Below the pieces are notes generated by a model. The model ran no database searches and had not been told where the DNA came from. It saw nothing but the letters and a program-made list of their open reading frames with translations. Shown piece after piece: positions 48,017 through 58,093 of a stretch of DNA of 64,000 bases (within the stretch, counting starts at the first letter, position 1; every line of letters begins with the position of its first letter). A program made the translations under genes and the position numbers. The DNA lies in IMG/VR virus record IMGVR_UViG_3300007541_000020, positions 1,076 to 65,075 of that record, one strand, 5' to 3'. This DNA is from a virus. Lineage: Duplodnaviria > Caudoviricetes.

Positions 48017-51000
48017 ATGCCTTTCGATGACATATATTGCAAGATTTATGGAAATACAGATTATAAAAAGTCTGGGGAATATCAAGTATCTCCTTATGTC
48101 TTTGCTAGATTTGGGAAAACAAAAACTGAAGACAGTCATTCTGATTTTACTTTTCTGGGAGATAGAAGATGGGCGATAGCTCCTAGATACTGGGTGCAAG
48201 GAATGGATATGCAATATCCATTTTTTATATTTGATATAGAACATCCAAAATTTACAGACGGTGAACCTGTTGCCCCCATGAGAACTACATCTGTGGTTTA
48301 TGGATGGCCTGGAGTTAAGGGAACCTACAGGGATGGAACTTATGGAGCTCGGGAAACAGTAGACGGGATGAATATTGGAAGTGTTTCGACAATGGTTCAA
48401 AATGCTTATAGATCAAAATACTCTGGAATTACAAACAATGAAATACTGTTTGAGTGTCAAAATAGAGAAAGTTGCCACAACTTTACAAATATGCCATATA
48501 TAAAAAATGTTGAAAATCCTTTTGTTGGAGTGCATAAAGAACAACCTCTTGAAATTACTGCAGATGGAAATTATTATAGAGGATTTTATATAGTTTTGGA
48601 AAGGGAGAGGTTTCATTATGACGAAGCGAGGATAGCATTATGGCCATATAATCAATTTAATGATTCAACGGGGCTATACCCACCCTGTAGAAGCATGAGT
48701 GTGGCAGGAGAATATTTTCCCGATGGAAGGACCAGTTTTTATTCTACAAAACTTTTTGAATTTAATGTGGGGGCAACCTATGCATTGAGATATCTGGTTG
48801 GAATAGCAGATAAGGCTACATGCAATAAAACAACTGGAATAGGCTGCGGAACCACACCAGAAGGAGAAAAGGTTGACTTGCAAACATTTGCGTGCAATGC
48901 ACAGAGGCATGGATATACAGAAAATGATAAAAATAATCCTGATTATGGCGCTCAATGTTATTTTAAAAGAAATACACTCAAAGAACATATAAGACTTGTC
49001 GCTGAAGATCCAGTTGGAAAATTTGGTACTACAAGTAGAGCACAAGCTTTGGCAGATGGATTTTCCACAAAAATACCTTTAAATGGATTAAACTCTGATG
49101 ATGTAAGGCAAAGGTTATACGGATCTTATGATTCTGGAAATGATTTTGTGGACCCTTGGTCCAAAGCAGAAAACATTTGGAACAATGCAGATGCATATGA
49201 TTTTAGAGATCTTTTGACAATATGGACATGGACCAGGAAGGCTCCTGGAACTCAGCATAGCCCAAAAAGCATATCGAATATAACACCAGCGATGGAGGCC
49301 GAAATGTTTTGGTTTTATTGGAGAACATTTGGAGGACATCAATTTTGGTATGAGCTGAATGACTCAGCTCCTTTTCTTTGGGATTTCGCTTTTTGTAATG
49401 GACTAGGAATCAACAAAGGCCCTGGTCCTGGCCCAATAAGATATGAATATGCACCTGGCCATAGTAATTCTCCAGGATTTGCAGAGATTGATGTCAAAGA
49501 TGCAGTAATACATCCAGATTATAGTGTAAGAAAACAAATAGAAACTGGAAATGTTTGGATAAAAAATATTACAATAAAGAAAGGTAATACCGTATTAGAA
49601 GCAAAAAATGATATCAAGGGAGAGTATCAAGAAATATCGAGCAGTGAAATATGGAATGGGAAAGGAACTACACATATAACAGCAACGAGCAGTGGAACTG
49701 GAAATAAGACAATAACATTTTCGAATTTATACAAAAGCAAATCTAATATAATTTCTAGATATATAGCGACAGACTTTAAAATAAAATTTGGATCAGAAAC
49801 TACAGAATATTCGATAGCTAGTGTTTCTAGTTCAAGTAATACAATAACTTTATCAACAGCAAGAGGGGGGAAGATTACTAATTCAAGTTTCACTCTGTTG
49901 ATACCAAGAGGGGCGAGGGGATCTGGTTACACTTGGGGACAATATAAATTAACAAATTTTGATAAAGATAATTTCACGAATACCAATAGCACTTGGCTTA
50001 GCATACAATACAGGTCTCCAAAATTTGGAAACAATCTACATAGAGATTTATTTCCAAACGTTGAAATATCAAATTATAGCAATTGGCCCAGTGCTAGCGG
50101 AGATGTGCAGAATTTAAATTTTTACAGTTTGAGCAACAACTACAGAACATTTGAGGCTTCAAAATTCGGACAGACTGGAAAGCCAGTAAGGCACCCTTAT
50201 TTTGCCAACGAGTTAGGGGAAGCTTTATATCTAGATAATGATTTTCATCATATAGCTTTTTGGGATAGAGCGTACCTAAGGGGAAGTATGCCTAGATATG
50301 GATTTGCTTCTTGCAAGATTCCAGGGAAGAAAAATGTAACATGGAATGGAGAAAAATGGGTTGAATATTGGGAGCGTGTATTTTCTCCAAGATCTAGTTC
50401 TACATGGACAGAGACTAGTGTGGATGCTACTCTAAATAAAGCTGGATACACAAATCTAGCATGGACTACTTCTACTGGAGATGGAAACTATAACGAACAG
50501 GCACTGGATGGAAGTCCAGTGAATGTTTACACACCCAGGTTTTATATGGACGGAATAGACAAGGCTTCTGGATCAATTTGGCCAAATTACAGAAATATAT
50601 TGGCTGATATAGAAGACCCCGAGGGAGTGTTTCCATTTGATTACGATTTTCCAGATCGAACAGATTGGACTTCAAAATACACAACTGCATTCAGTAAAGT
50701 TTATGGAGCTACTGGAGTTCCATCCATAGGCAAAATATTAGATGGGCCTTGGTGTTCTTTTTGTTCATTTAAAACTGATACTAATATAGAAATTTGGGGC
50801 ACTGCAGAAGGTCAATATTTTGAAACTAATGACCCGAAAACACCATATTTATATGTATGGGGATCTGGTGTATATGAAGTAACTGGTGCTCATGCACGAT
50901 TTGCATTGCAAAGTATTTCAAGCATTACAGGAACTTATTATACAGCAGAATCTGTGGTTTTAAATAGAAATGTAAGAAGTACAGTCTATGGCATATGGCA

Positions 51001-51319
51001 AGATATATACAAAGCAAAATTTGAAAAAACTGCAATGCATCCATGGGTGTTGGCTCTATATGGACACGGAGGAGATAGTACTGGATGGGCAGAGGTAGAA
51101 GGCGGTAGTAAAAAACATGCTTTGACTATATATGAAAGCAACGGATTTGTACTAAGGGGAGAAAAAATACAAGTTATGCTGCATGAATGTCCACCTTTAT
51201 TTTGTAGGCAACTAGAAGCGAATACTGGAATGGCATTAAGTAATGATGCATCTAATACATCTTGGGGTAGATCAATGCATCCAGTAAATAGATACAGAAT
51301 ATATTTAGTAGCTAAATAA
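48017..51319 (+). CDS. Large hypothetical protein (1100 aa), possible receptor-binding/virion protein
   Basis: RBS AAGGAG; Trp/Tyr/Gly/Thr-rich; directly after the tail tip genes; no family recognised. Confidence 0.6.
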   Translation: MPFDDIYCKIYGNTDYKKSGEYQVSPYVFARFGKTKTEDSHSDFTFLGDRRWAIAPRYWVQGMDMQYPFFIFDIEHPKFTDGEPVAPMRTTSVVYGWPGVKGTYRDGTYGARETVDGMNIGSVSTMVQNAYRSKYSGITNNEILFECQNRESCHNFTNMPYIKNVENPFVGVHKEQPLEITADGNYYRGFYIVLERERFHYDEARIALWPYNQFNDSTGLYPPCRSMSVAGEYFPDGRTSFYSTKLFEFNVGATYALRYLVGIADKATCNKTTGIGCGTTPEGEKVDLQTFACNAQRHGYTENDKNNPDYGAQCYFKRNTLKEHIRLVAEDPVGKFGTTSRAQALADGFSTKIPLNGLNSDDVRQRLYGSYDSGNDFVDPWSKAENIWNNADAYDFRDLLTIWTWTRKAPGTQHSPKSISNITPAMEAEMFWFYWRTFGGHQFWYELNDSAPFLWDFAFCNGLGINKGPGPGPIRYEYAPGHSNSPGFAEIDVKDAVIHPDYSVRKQIETGNVWIKNITIKKGNTVLEAKNDIKGEYQEISSSEIWNGKGTTHITATSSGTGNKTITFSNLYKSKSNIISRYIATDFKIKFGSETTEYSIASVSSSSNTITLSTARGGKITNSSFTLLIPRGARGSGYTWGQYKLTNFDKDNFTNTNSTWLSIQYRSPKFGNNLHRDLFPNVEISNYSNWPSASGDVQNLNFYSLSNNYRTFEASKFGQTGKPVRHPYFANELGEALYLDNDFHHIAFWDRAYLRGSMPRYGFASCKIPGKKNVTWNGEKWVEYWERVFSPRSSSTWTETSVDATLNKAGYTNLAWTTSTGDGNYNEQALDGSPVNVYTPRFYMDGIDKASGSIWPNYRNILADIEDPEGVFPFDYDFPDRTDWTSKYTTAFSKVYGATGVPSIGKILDGPWCSFCSFKTDTNIEIWGTAEGQYFETNDPKTPYLYVWGSGVYEVTGAHARFALQSISSITGTYYTAESVVLNRNVRSTVYGIWQDIYKAKFEKTAMHPWVLALYGHGGDSTGWAEVEGGSKKHALTIYESNGFVLRGEKIQVMLHECPPLFCRQLEANTGMALSNDASNTSWGRSMHPVNRYRIYLVAK

Positions 51320-51328
51320 AAGGTAATT

Positions 51329-51958
51329 TCATGTTTTGTAAATGTACCAGATGCGTTTGCCTGATGTTAATATTTCAAAATTAAAATCCTGAGATATTCT
51401 TTTAAGTGCGTTTGGTAAACCAAATATTGTTCGATCATCACCAAAAATAACTCCGCCTTTGTTTAAGATAGAATAATAATTTTTAATATCTTGATAGGCG
51501 TCCTCCTCTAAGTGAGAGCCGTCAATATATATTAGATCAGGATTGATTTTCTTATACTTTAAAATTTCAAAACCGATTACACTTGTATTAGGTATTGGTT
51601 GTATTAAATCTTGTGCATTATTATGTACCACATTGCTTAAAAACTGATAATATACTTGAGGGAAGCCATGTAAACAATTAAGGTCACGCTCGGGCGTGTG
51701 AGAATGATATGTCCAAAACTCTTCAGCTCCCAGCCACGTATCAATACAATAAATCTTATTACAATTTAAATTATTGTTTTTGCAAATATTTGCCATGTTG
51801 ATTGCTGATGCGCCTAACCAAGTTCCGACCTCAACAATTAAGTTGGGATTTATTTCTAATAAAATTTTCTTAAAAAATGGATCGTTTGAGCCCCAGCCAG
51901 AAAGTTTTTCAGGCAATGGCTTAAAATTTTTGTATATATCTTGGTTGATTTGATTCAT
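51329..51958 (-). CDS. Class I SAM-dependent methyltransferase (Methyltransf_24-like)
   Basis: VEVGTWLGAS, CIDTW, LIYIDGSH and GGVIFGDD motifs. Confidence 0.85.
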   Translation of the reverse strand: MNQINQDIYKNFKPLPEKLSGWGSNDPFFKKILLEINPNLIVEVGTWLGASAINMANICKNNNLNCNKIYCIDTWLGAEEFWTYHSHTPERDLNCLHGFPQVYYQFLSNVVHNNAQDLIQPIPNTSVIGFEILKYKKINPDLIYIDGSHLEEDAYQDIKNYYSILNKGGVIFGDDRTIFGLPNALKRISQDFNFEILTSGKRIWYIYKT

Positions 51959-52950
51959 GTTAATTTATTAATAGCTTGTTTTATAGTGACCCACATATCC
52001 ATGTATTGATATGTAGCTAGACGACCTAAGAAAATTACATTATTTTCTGATCGGATAGATTTTTTATATTTTTTATAAATTTCTTGACCCTCTCCAAAAT
52101 TTTTGGGGTATATTGGTTCGTTTGTTTCATCGTGTTCTTCTGGGTAATCCCGCGTTAAAATTGTATGATCTTCTTGCTGGTTTAAAAAAACACTGTTATC
52201 AACTGTCCTATTGTATTTTATAGTTTTATCTTCGCATTCATTGATTTGAGCTCCAGAATCAAAAGAAAATAAATCAGTTCTTTTAGTTTTAAAATGTTTA
52301 AATTTAAGAGATCTATAGGGTAATTTTCCAAATTTCAAATCAAAGAATTCATCTGGTTTGCCAGTATATATCATTTTATCACATTTTAATTTTTTGTACT
52401 CATTCCTTGATACTCCCAAATTAACCTTAATACCATTTAACATATTATTCATCATGTCTGTATAACCTTTATGAGGTATACCTTGATACTTATCGAGTGA
52501 ATACCTGTCATCAAATGATTCCCTGCGGGTTGGTACTCTTGAGGAAATAGATTTGGGCAATTTATCCCAAGCGATGCCCCAATGTCTCTCAGAATAATTA
52601 ATAAATATAGAATCATAAATTTCTTTATCTGTGAGTTTTTTTCCTATTTGCTGTTCTGTTAACTTGCTGTATGGAATGTTAATCATTCCATACTTTGTAT
52701 TAGCCCTAACTCTCAAACTATGATTGTTAAATTTTGTATATCTATTTAAAAAATTCCATACTTGCTCATCGTTTGTATGAAAACAATGTAGCCCATATTT
52801 GTGAACTTTAATGCCTTCCATGTCTTCATCATAACAATTTCCGCCAATATGATTGCGAATATCAAATATTTCAACATTATGCCCTTGGCTTTTTAAAATA
52901 TTTGCTGATGTTATGCCTGATAGTCCGCAGCCTATTATATTAATTTTCAT
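51955..52950 (-). CDS. glf: UDP-galactopyranose mutase
   Basis: IIGCGLSG FAD motif, RNHIGGNCYD, HKYGLHCFHT, YQGIP..GYT, LPYRSL and FLGRLATYQYMDM. Confidence 0.93.
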   Translation of the reverse strand: MKINIIGCGLSGITSANILKSQGHNVEIFDIRNHIGGNCYDEDMEGIKVHKYGLHCFHTNDEQVWNFLNRYTKFNNHSLRVRANTKYGMINIPYSKLTEQQIGKKLTDKEIYDSIFINYSERHWGIAWDKLPKSISSRVPTRRESFDDRYSLDKYQGIPHKGYTDMMNNMLNGIKVNLGVSRNEYKKLKCDKMIYTGKPDEFFDLKFGKLPYRSLKFKHFKTKRTDLFSFDSGAQINECEDKTIKYNRTVDNSVFLNQQEDHTILTRDYPEEHDETNEPIYPKNFGEGQEIYKKYKKSIRSENNVIFLGRLATYQYMDMWVTIKQAINKLT

Positions 52951-53726
52951 TTAATTTTTTTGATATCATGAAGTAATGTTTCATATTTAGAATAAGTTCT
53001 TATCTTAGAATTTGAAAATTTACTATACCAAAGATTAAAAGTGTTATGTTGTACTTCCCCTCCTTTGATTGCATATATGTAATTAAATCCACCAGTAAAA
53101 CTTGATAGTATACTACCACCACCTTGAACCGATATTTTACCTATGGATTTAGATCCTAAGATTAATTGCAGTTCGTTAAATGAATAATTTTCTTGTAATT
53201 CATTTATATCAATTACATTAGGAAAATTTTTAGAAATCAAATCGTAATCTCCTAAATCGAACAAAATACTATTGTCTTTGGGGATTTTATCTCCCCTGGG
53301 TCTATTATAGATTAAAGAAAAATGGGGGCTTAATATTTTAAAAATCTCAGAAAGAGTATTCAAGTCAAGAAAATTGACTGGCTCTGAACCCCATTCAGTA
53401 TTGTACTTGTTGTTGACTATTAATACATCTTTTTCAAAAGAATTTTTTAATTTTTTATTTTTAAAGTGCGATTTATAGTCTGGGAAAATTTCATTTTTAA
53501 GAGCTGGAACATGTATATCTCCGTAGAAATTATTCGTTTTCTCTGTCCTTTTTGTGTACTTTTCTATAACACAATCTTCTGGCAAAAAGTAATAAAAGCA
53601 TCGCATGCCTTGATTTGTTATTACTGTAACTTTATCATTGTTTAAGTAGTGCTTATATACAAGAGGGACAATCAAAATAAGTTCATACCCAAATTCTGGC
53701 GCATAAGTATCTACAATTAATTCCAT
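52947..53726 (-). CDS. Putative glycosyltransferase-like protein
   Basis: EFGYEL N-terminal motif and C-terminal ISVQGG; GT-B-like layout; inside the glycan cassette. Confidence 0.45.
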   Translation of the reverse strand: MELIVDTYAPEFGYELILIVPLVYKHYLNNDKVTVITNQGMRCFYYFLPEDCVIEKYTKRTEKTNNFYGDIHVPALKNEIFPDYKSHFKNKKLKNSFEKDVLIVNNKYNTEWGSEPVNFLDLNTLSEIFKILSPHFSLIYNRPRGDKIPKDNSILFDLGDYDLISKNFPNVIDINELQENYSFNELQLILGSKSIGKISVQGGGSILSSFTGGFNYIYAIKGGEVQHNTFNLWYSKFSNSKIRTYSKYETLLHDIKKIK

Positions 53727-53744
53727 TTGAATTGAGTGTTATTT

Positions 53745-55367
53745 TTATGTATTATATAATATTTTTTCGAGTGTACAACTGAAGCTTGAGGCACTGTGAA
53801 CATTTCTTTGATACCAATCGTAACAGTTTTTAGACATAATATTCCACTCGTTTTTGTTTATAGATTTTATTTTTTCTAATAATTCATCTTTGGAGTTTAT
53901 GCTGATATAATGTTTATTTTCAATCAAGGGTTCAATATAAGAATTAACATTAACTTCTTTTGTTATAATAGGAACTGTTCCGAATGCCATTAATTCTACT
54001 TCCCTGTGACACTTACTTCCATAGCCACGTAGACATAGGCCATATTTTGAATTACGCAATTTCATGAGATACTCTTCCTGGGTAAATTTATGTTCATGAC
54101 CTGCCGTACAATGGTATTCCGTAAGCACCGAGCTCCAGTCAGTTCCAGTGTTTCTGTATATTGATTGCACGTTGTTTTCGTAATTTCCTATAAATATACT
54201 TTCTATTTCCCTCTCTTCGTAAGATAAGATTTCTTTTTCTCTCAATATTCTTTCTAACACTTTGGGCCTTCTGGGCCAAAAAATCCATGGAATCACATTT
54301 AGGTTATTTCTTTTTAGCATTTCCCCTTCTTTGTTGACGTCTCCATTTCCTAATAATATTAAACTTGAACTCAATAATTCATCATCAAACCATTCTTTTG
54401 TTGGCCTATCGTATAGTAATATATGATCCCCTATCCAGCAGTGACCGCTACTAGACAGTTCAATATCAATGGATTCGTTATTGTCTTTGTATAGAAGGGC
54501 CAATTCCCTAAAACTATCATTGGTATGATTCCATATACCTTGCTGTGGTTGACTTGGAATTTTTATATTCCATTTTTTGTTAACAATTCTATCGATTATT
54601 AACAACTCTTTATAGCGCTTTAACTTAATAAGTAAACTAAGGAAAATTTCGTTTATTCGAAGGAATCTAGGGTCTTCAAAGTGTGTGTGTAGAAATATTA
54701 AAGGTTTATTGTTTATCGTAATTTCTTTTTTATTGATACCTATCGAGCTCGCTGTCTTACGTGGGTTTTCAGATAATATTATTCTCCAAGGCATAAAGTT
54801 TATTTCTTCACCAAATTCTGAATATCTATATTTTTTTGCCAAGTCTTCGATGGATGCCTGGTCATGATATCTTGAGGTTTTTGTGAATTCTATCCAGTCA
54901 TTTGCAATGTTTTTATTTTTTGTCCACAAACATCCGCCATTGTAATAACCAACTTCATCTGTATTTATTTTTTTAATATAATGTGGAGATAGTCCAAGGT
55001 CCTTTGTTTTGTCTACTGATGTGATGGGATTTAGGAATAATATATCGCTATCTAAAAACATTGTGTCGTCTTCATTTTCTAAGGCGTATTTTATTACATT
55101 AGCTTTTTGCATCTGAAATTCATCCCATATTTTTTCTTGGACCATTGTAGCTCTATTTTTACCACTATATTTATCCAGTGTGGTTTTTAAAAATAACTGC
55201 AATTGAATTCGGGGAATAAAATTATTTATTAAATCGTGTGTTTCGGAGTCTATCAGTCCATATACTTTTGAATTATTATGATGTATGGATAAACTCAATA
55301 ACATTCCAATCAATTCATTACTGGAATTATATGTAGATATAAAACAAAAACTATTAGGCTCTGACAT
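53745..55367 (-). CDS. Two-domain glycosyltransferase: GT-A (DxD) plus exostosin/GT47-like C-terminus
   Basis: N-terminal MFLDSD, YYNGG and DQASIE; C-terminal EYLMKLRNSKYGLCLRGYGSKCHREVELMAFGTVPI. Confidence 0.75.
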   Translation of the reverse strand: MSEPNSFCFISTYNSSNELIGMLLSLSIHHNNSKVYGLIDSETHDLINNFIPRIQLQLFLKTTLDKYSGKNRATMVQEKIWDEFQMQKANVIKYALENEDDTMFLDSDILFLNPITSVDKTKDLGLSPHYIKKINTDEVGYYNGGCLWTKNKNIANDWIEFTKTSRYHDQASIEDLAKKYRYSEFGEEINFMPWRIILSENPRKTASSIGINKKEITINNKPLIFLHTHFEDPRFLRINEIFLSLLIKLKRYKELLIIDRIVNKKWNIKIPSQPQQGIWNHTNDSFRELALLYKDNNESIDIELSSSGHCWIGDHILLYDRPTKEWFDDELLSSSLILLGNGDVNKEGEMLKRNNLNVIPWIFWPRRPKVLERILREKEILSYEEREIESIFIGNYENNVQSIYRNTGTDWSSVLTEYHCTAGHEHKFTQEEYLMKLRNSKYGLCLRGYGSKCHREVELMAFGTVPIITKEVNVNSYIEPLIENKHYISINSKDELLEKIKSINKNEWNIMSKNCYDWYQRNVHSASSFSCTLEKILYNT

Positions 55368-55382
55368 AATCAATTAATATGG

Positions 55383-56342
55383 TTATAATAATATGTTTAT
55401 TAAAGTGGCCGTGTATTCAAGTATATTATTATAAGTTAATACATTTTTTACAAAATCTTTATTATTTTCTATTATTTGCAAAGAAAATTCTTCATTAATT
55501 TCTAATTTATCATGAATGATTCTTAATTCATCCTCTTTATTGTATTTTATATAATTAATTCCATCTTTTAATAAATAACTATAAAATTCTTCATATGGGC
55601 TATTTTTTTTTATAATTACAGAATTTACATTCAACAGTAATTTCATTCTGTCGCTTAATGTATTGCCATCATTATAAATGATATATTTATATTTAAAATG
55701 CTCATTGAAGAAATGAAAATTCTCCCCAGCTAGATTTTTAGATTTTAATTTTTCAATTAAACCTTTTTTCAGATCTTTGTATTCGTGAACCGATCCTCCG
55801 TAAATATGCCCATCTATAATATCTTCATTTTCCAAACCATATATAAAATAATTTATTTTAGAAAGATGAGCTATACAATTTGTATAAAATTTATTTATTT
55901 TTTTATTAAAAGGATATTGATCATGCAAGCCCTTCATATAATTCGTTTCTTCATCATAATTTTTAAATTTATCAATATACCAATATTCATCTAAATTTAT
56001 ATCACTTAATGCAAATCTAAAATCGGGAAAGAGAAAGTGTTTTTCATTGATTTTTCTGCAAAAATTGAAGCATCCTTGTTTGGGTGAATCATTTAAATTT
56101 ATATTAATATTTCCATCTTTCACTTCATGTTTTAGTAAAACATTGCTCACTAGAGCTATATATTGTTTTTTCCTAACTGGATGAATCCACCCAAGACCTT
56201 CTATTATGTTGAAAATGCTATTATCTTTTACTTGTATTACTATTGATTCATTTAATTTTTTATCACATTTTTTATATTTATCCTTAAAGCTGGCTTGATG
56301 TTCAATGATTTCATGAAAAAAATTTTTATTATTATTCGTCAT
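55383..56342 (-). CDS. Glycosyltransferase family 90 / CAP10-like
   Basis: FLFPDF and HFKYKYIIYNDGNTLSDRMKLLLNVNSVIIKKNSPYEEFYSYLL match the GT90 C-terminal signature. Confidence 0.75.
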   Translation of the reverse strand: MTNNNKNFFHEIIEHQASFKDKYKKCDKKLNESIVIQVKDNSIFNIIEGLGWIHPVRKKQYIALVSNVLLKHEVKDGNININLNDSPKQGCFNFCRKINEKHFLFPDFRFALSDINLDEYWYIDKFKNYDEETNYMKGLHDQYPFNKKINKFYTNCIAHLSKINYFIYGLENEDIIDGHIYGGSVHEYKDLKKGLIEKLKSKNLAGENFHFFNEHFKYKYIIYNDGNTLSDRMKLLLNVNSVIIKKNSPYEEFYSYLLKDGINYIKYNKEDELRIIHDKLEINEEFSLQIIENNKDFVKNVLTYNNILEYTATLINILL

Positions 56343-56382
56343 GTTTTTTAAAAGTTATATTTAAGTTTTTATTGCTTAATAT

Positions 56383-57069
56383 TCAGTGGGAGTATTTGTT
56401 TTGTATTTCCCTGTCTTCTTTCTGGGCTAAATGTATTTTTTCTTTGGAAATAGAATCAGGTCTGTCAAGAAAACAACCCACTATTTCAGGTATTTTTTTA
56501 AACTTAAAATTACTTTTTGATAATTTTAACCACATATCATAATCTCCGCTTGATACATATTTTTCGCTAAAATATCCAACTTTTTCAATTGCAGATTTTT
56601 TTACCAGAGGGAAAGGGCCGCATATACACCTAGTGAGTAATACTTCGTGACTGTAGTTTGGCCAAATTAATATATTTGATGGTGATTCAAAGCCTTGATT
56701 TTTTGATGTAAAACAGGGGCCGTAGAATAAATCTATATCTGAATATTTGCGAGCATAGTCTTCGTAAGTTTTAATAGCGGAAGGGAACAAAGAATCATCA
56801 GTGTTCCAGTTTAAGACATATTTTCCAGTTGAGTTTTTAATTGCTAAATTCCATGCTTCGTATATTGTAAGATTTTTATTTTGGGATATTATTTTTGTTT
56901 TAATGTTTTCTTTAAATTTAAAATTACTTATTATTTCTAATGATTTATCTTGCGAGTTGGCGTCAACAAAAACAATCTCAAAGCATTCGGAAAACTGAGA
57001 GTTGATCATATCTAAATAAAGATCTAGATATTTTTCAGAATTATATACTGAACTGATTATTGATATCAT
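56383..57069 (-). CDS. Glycosyltransferase family 2
   Basis: ISIISSVYNSEKYL, VDANSQD, WNTDD and GDYDMWLKL. Confidence 0.9.
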   Translation of the reverse strand: MISIISSVYNSEKYLDLYLDMINSQFSECFEIVFVDANSQDKSLEIISNFKFKENIKTKIISQNKNLTIYEAWNLAIKNSTGKYVLNWNTDDSLFPSAIKTYEDYARKYSDIDLFYGPCFTSKNQGFESPSNILIWPNYSHEVLLTRCICGPFPLVKKSAIEKVGYFSEKYVSSGDYDMWLKLSKSNFKFKKIPEIVGCFLDRPDSISKEKIHLAQKEDREIQNKYSH

Positions 57070-57923
57070 AATTTATTTTCTATCTTTTTCCAAAAATTGG
57101 ATTTAGCTAAAGAACATTCTTTTGAGAAATTCTTTAATCCATTTTTTTTGTATTCTAGGTAAGATCCTATTCTTGACATATCTCCATGAAAATCATTTAT
57201 TCCGCACATGATTGATTCACCTATCATCCTACAAAAAGGTTCGTTAACCAAGGGGTGGTGGAAAACCCCAATGGAACTTTGGTATATTTCTGCTATTTCT
57301 TTTTGGTCTACCTTTCCGTGAAATCTTATATTATCAATGTTTTTAAAATTTTGTTCTATTCCGTTTTCAGACCAACCAAAAATGTCAAATTTTCTATCAC
57401 TGTTATTCTTGGCATATTCAATTAAATTATTAAAGCCTTTTAATGGATGAAGGAAACCGCAATATATTATATCGTATATTTTATCTTTGTTTTTGTCAAT
57501 ATTAAAAATAAATGAATCTATAGGGTCTGGTAAAAATTCTACATTTTCAAATATATTTCCATAAAATTCAGTAAAAAAAGACAGATGGAATTCAGAAAGA
57601 AAGAAGTTTATTTTGGATGAACGAAAAAGCTCTTCTCTTACTGATTCAGTAAGATAACTGCATGAGTCATGCTCGAGCCTTACATGAAAATCATGATTAC
57701 TTATATAATCTATTTTTTCTGGAGATAATTGATTAATTGCCTCGAGGTTAGAACTTACCACTACATCAAAAGACTGTAAAAAATCAACTGGCGAGCTGTC
57801 GAAATTATGCAAAATAATATCGTACCCCATCTTTTCCCCCTCTTTAATTATTTCATCATTACTAACTTGAGCTCCGCCAGAATTATGCTTTAGCCCAAAA
57901 TCAGAAATGAATAAAACTTTCAC
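57066..57923 (-). CDS. Glycosyltransferase, GT-B/GT4-like
   Basis: GGAQ, GFLHPLKGF and EPFCRMIGESIMCG; GTG start. Confidence 0.8.
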   Translation of the reverse strand: MKVLFISDFGLKHNSGGAQVSNDEIIKEGEKMGYDIILHNFDSSPVDFLQSFDVVVSSNLEAINQLSPEKIDYISNHDFHVRLEHDSCSYLTESVREELFRSSKINFFLSEFHLSFFTEFYGNIFENVEFLPDPIDSFIFNIDKNKDKIYDIIYCGFLHPLKGFNNLIEYAKNNSDRKFDIFGWSENGIEQNFKNIDNIRFHGKVDQKEIAEIYQSSIGVFHHPLVNEPFCRMIGESIMCGINDFHGDMSRIGSYLEYKKNGLKNFSKECSLAKSNFWKKIENKL

Positions 57924-58064
57924 TCAATATGATTGAGCTTAATTAGGAAAATTCAATTTTTTTTTGAAAAAATTATTTCTTATATTATATTATATATATA
58001 TATTATGGAAACATAATAATTTTTATTAGTACTAATTATTATTTTTCTATAAATAAAAAAAAAC

Positions 58065-58093
58065 TTGATTTTATTATTTTTTTTTGTTAAGAT
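58065..58093 (+). promoter_or_regulatory. Sigma70-like promoter TTGATT-N17-TAAGAT (near-leaderless)
   Basis: The -10 box ends 7 nt before the in-frame ATG at 58101. Confidence 0.5.

Noticed and set aside
865-50690. Many 60-200 aa antisense or alternate-frame ORFs in the track (e.g. 15105-15719, 44607-45068, 47954-48400)
   Set aside because: They lie within long, well-supported genes, have shadow-like composition (Phe/Ser/Leu-rich) and show no motifs.
39431-51319. Diversity-generating retroelement targeting the tail tip or fibre genes
   Set aside because: No reverse transcriptase, and no ~100-bp near-repeat differing at adenines was noticed in the window. A repeat search on the full genome is needed to exclude it.
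51329-57923. Bacterial LPS/capsule locus, implying a prophage boundary or host contamination
   Set aside because: The cassette is flanked on both sides by phage genes with similar AT richness and lacks flippase, polymerase or export genes.
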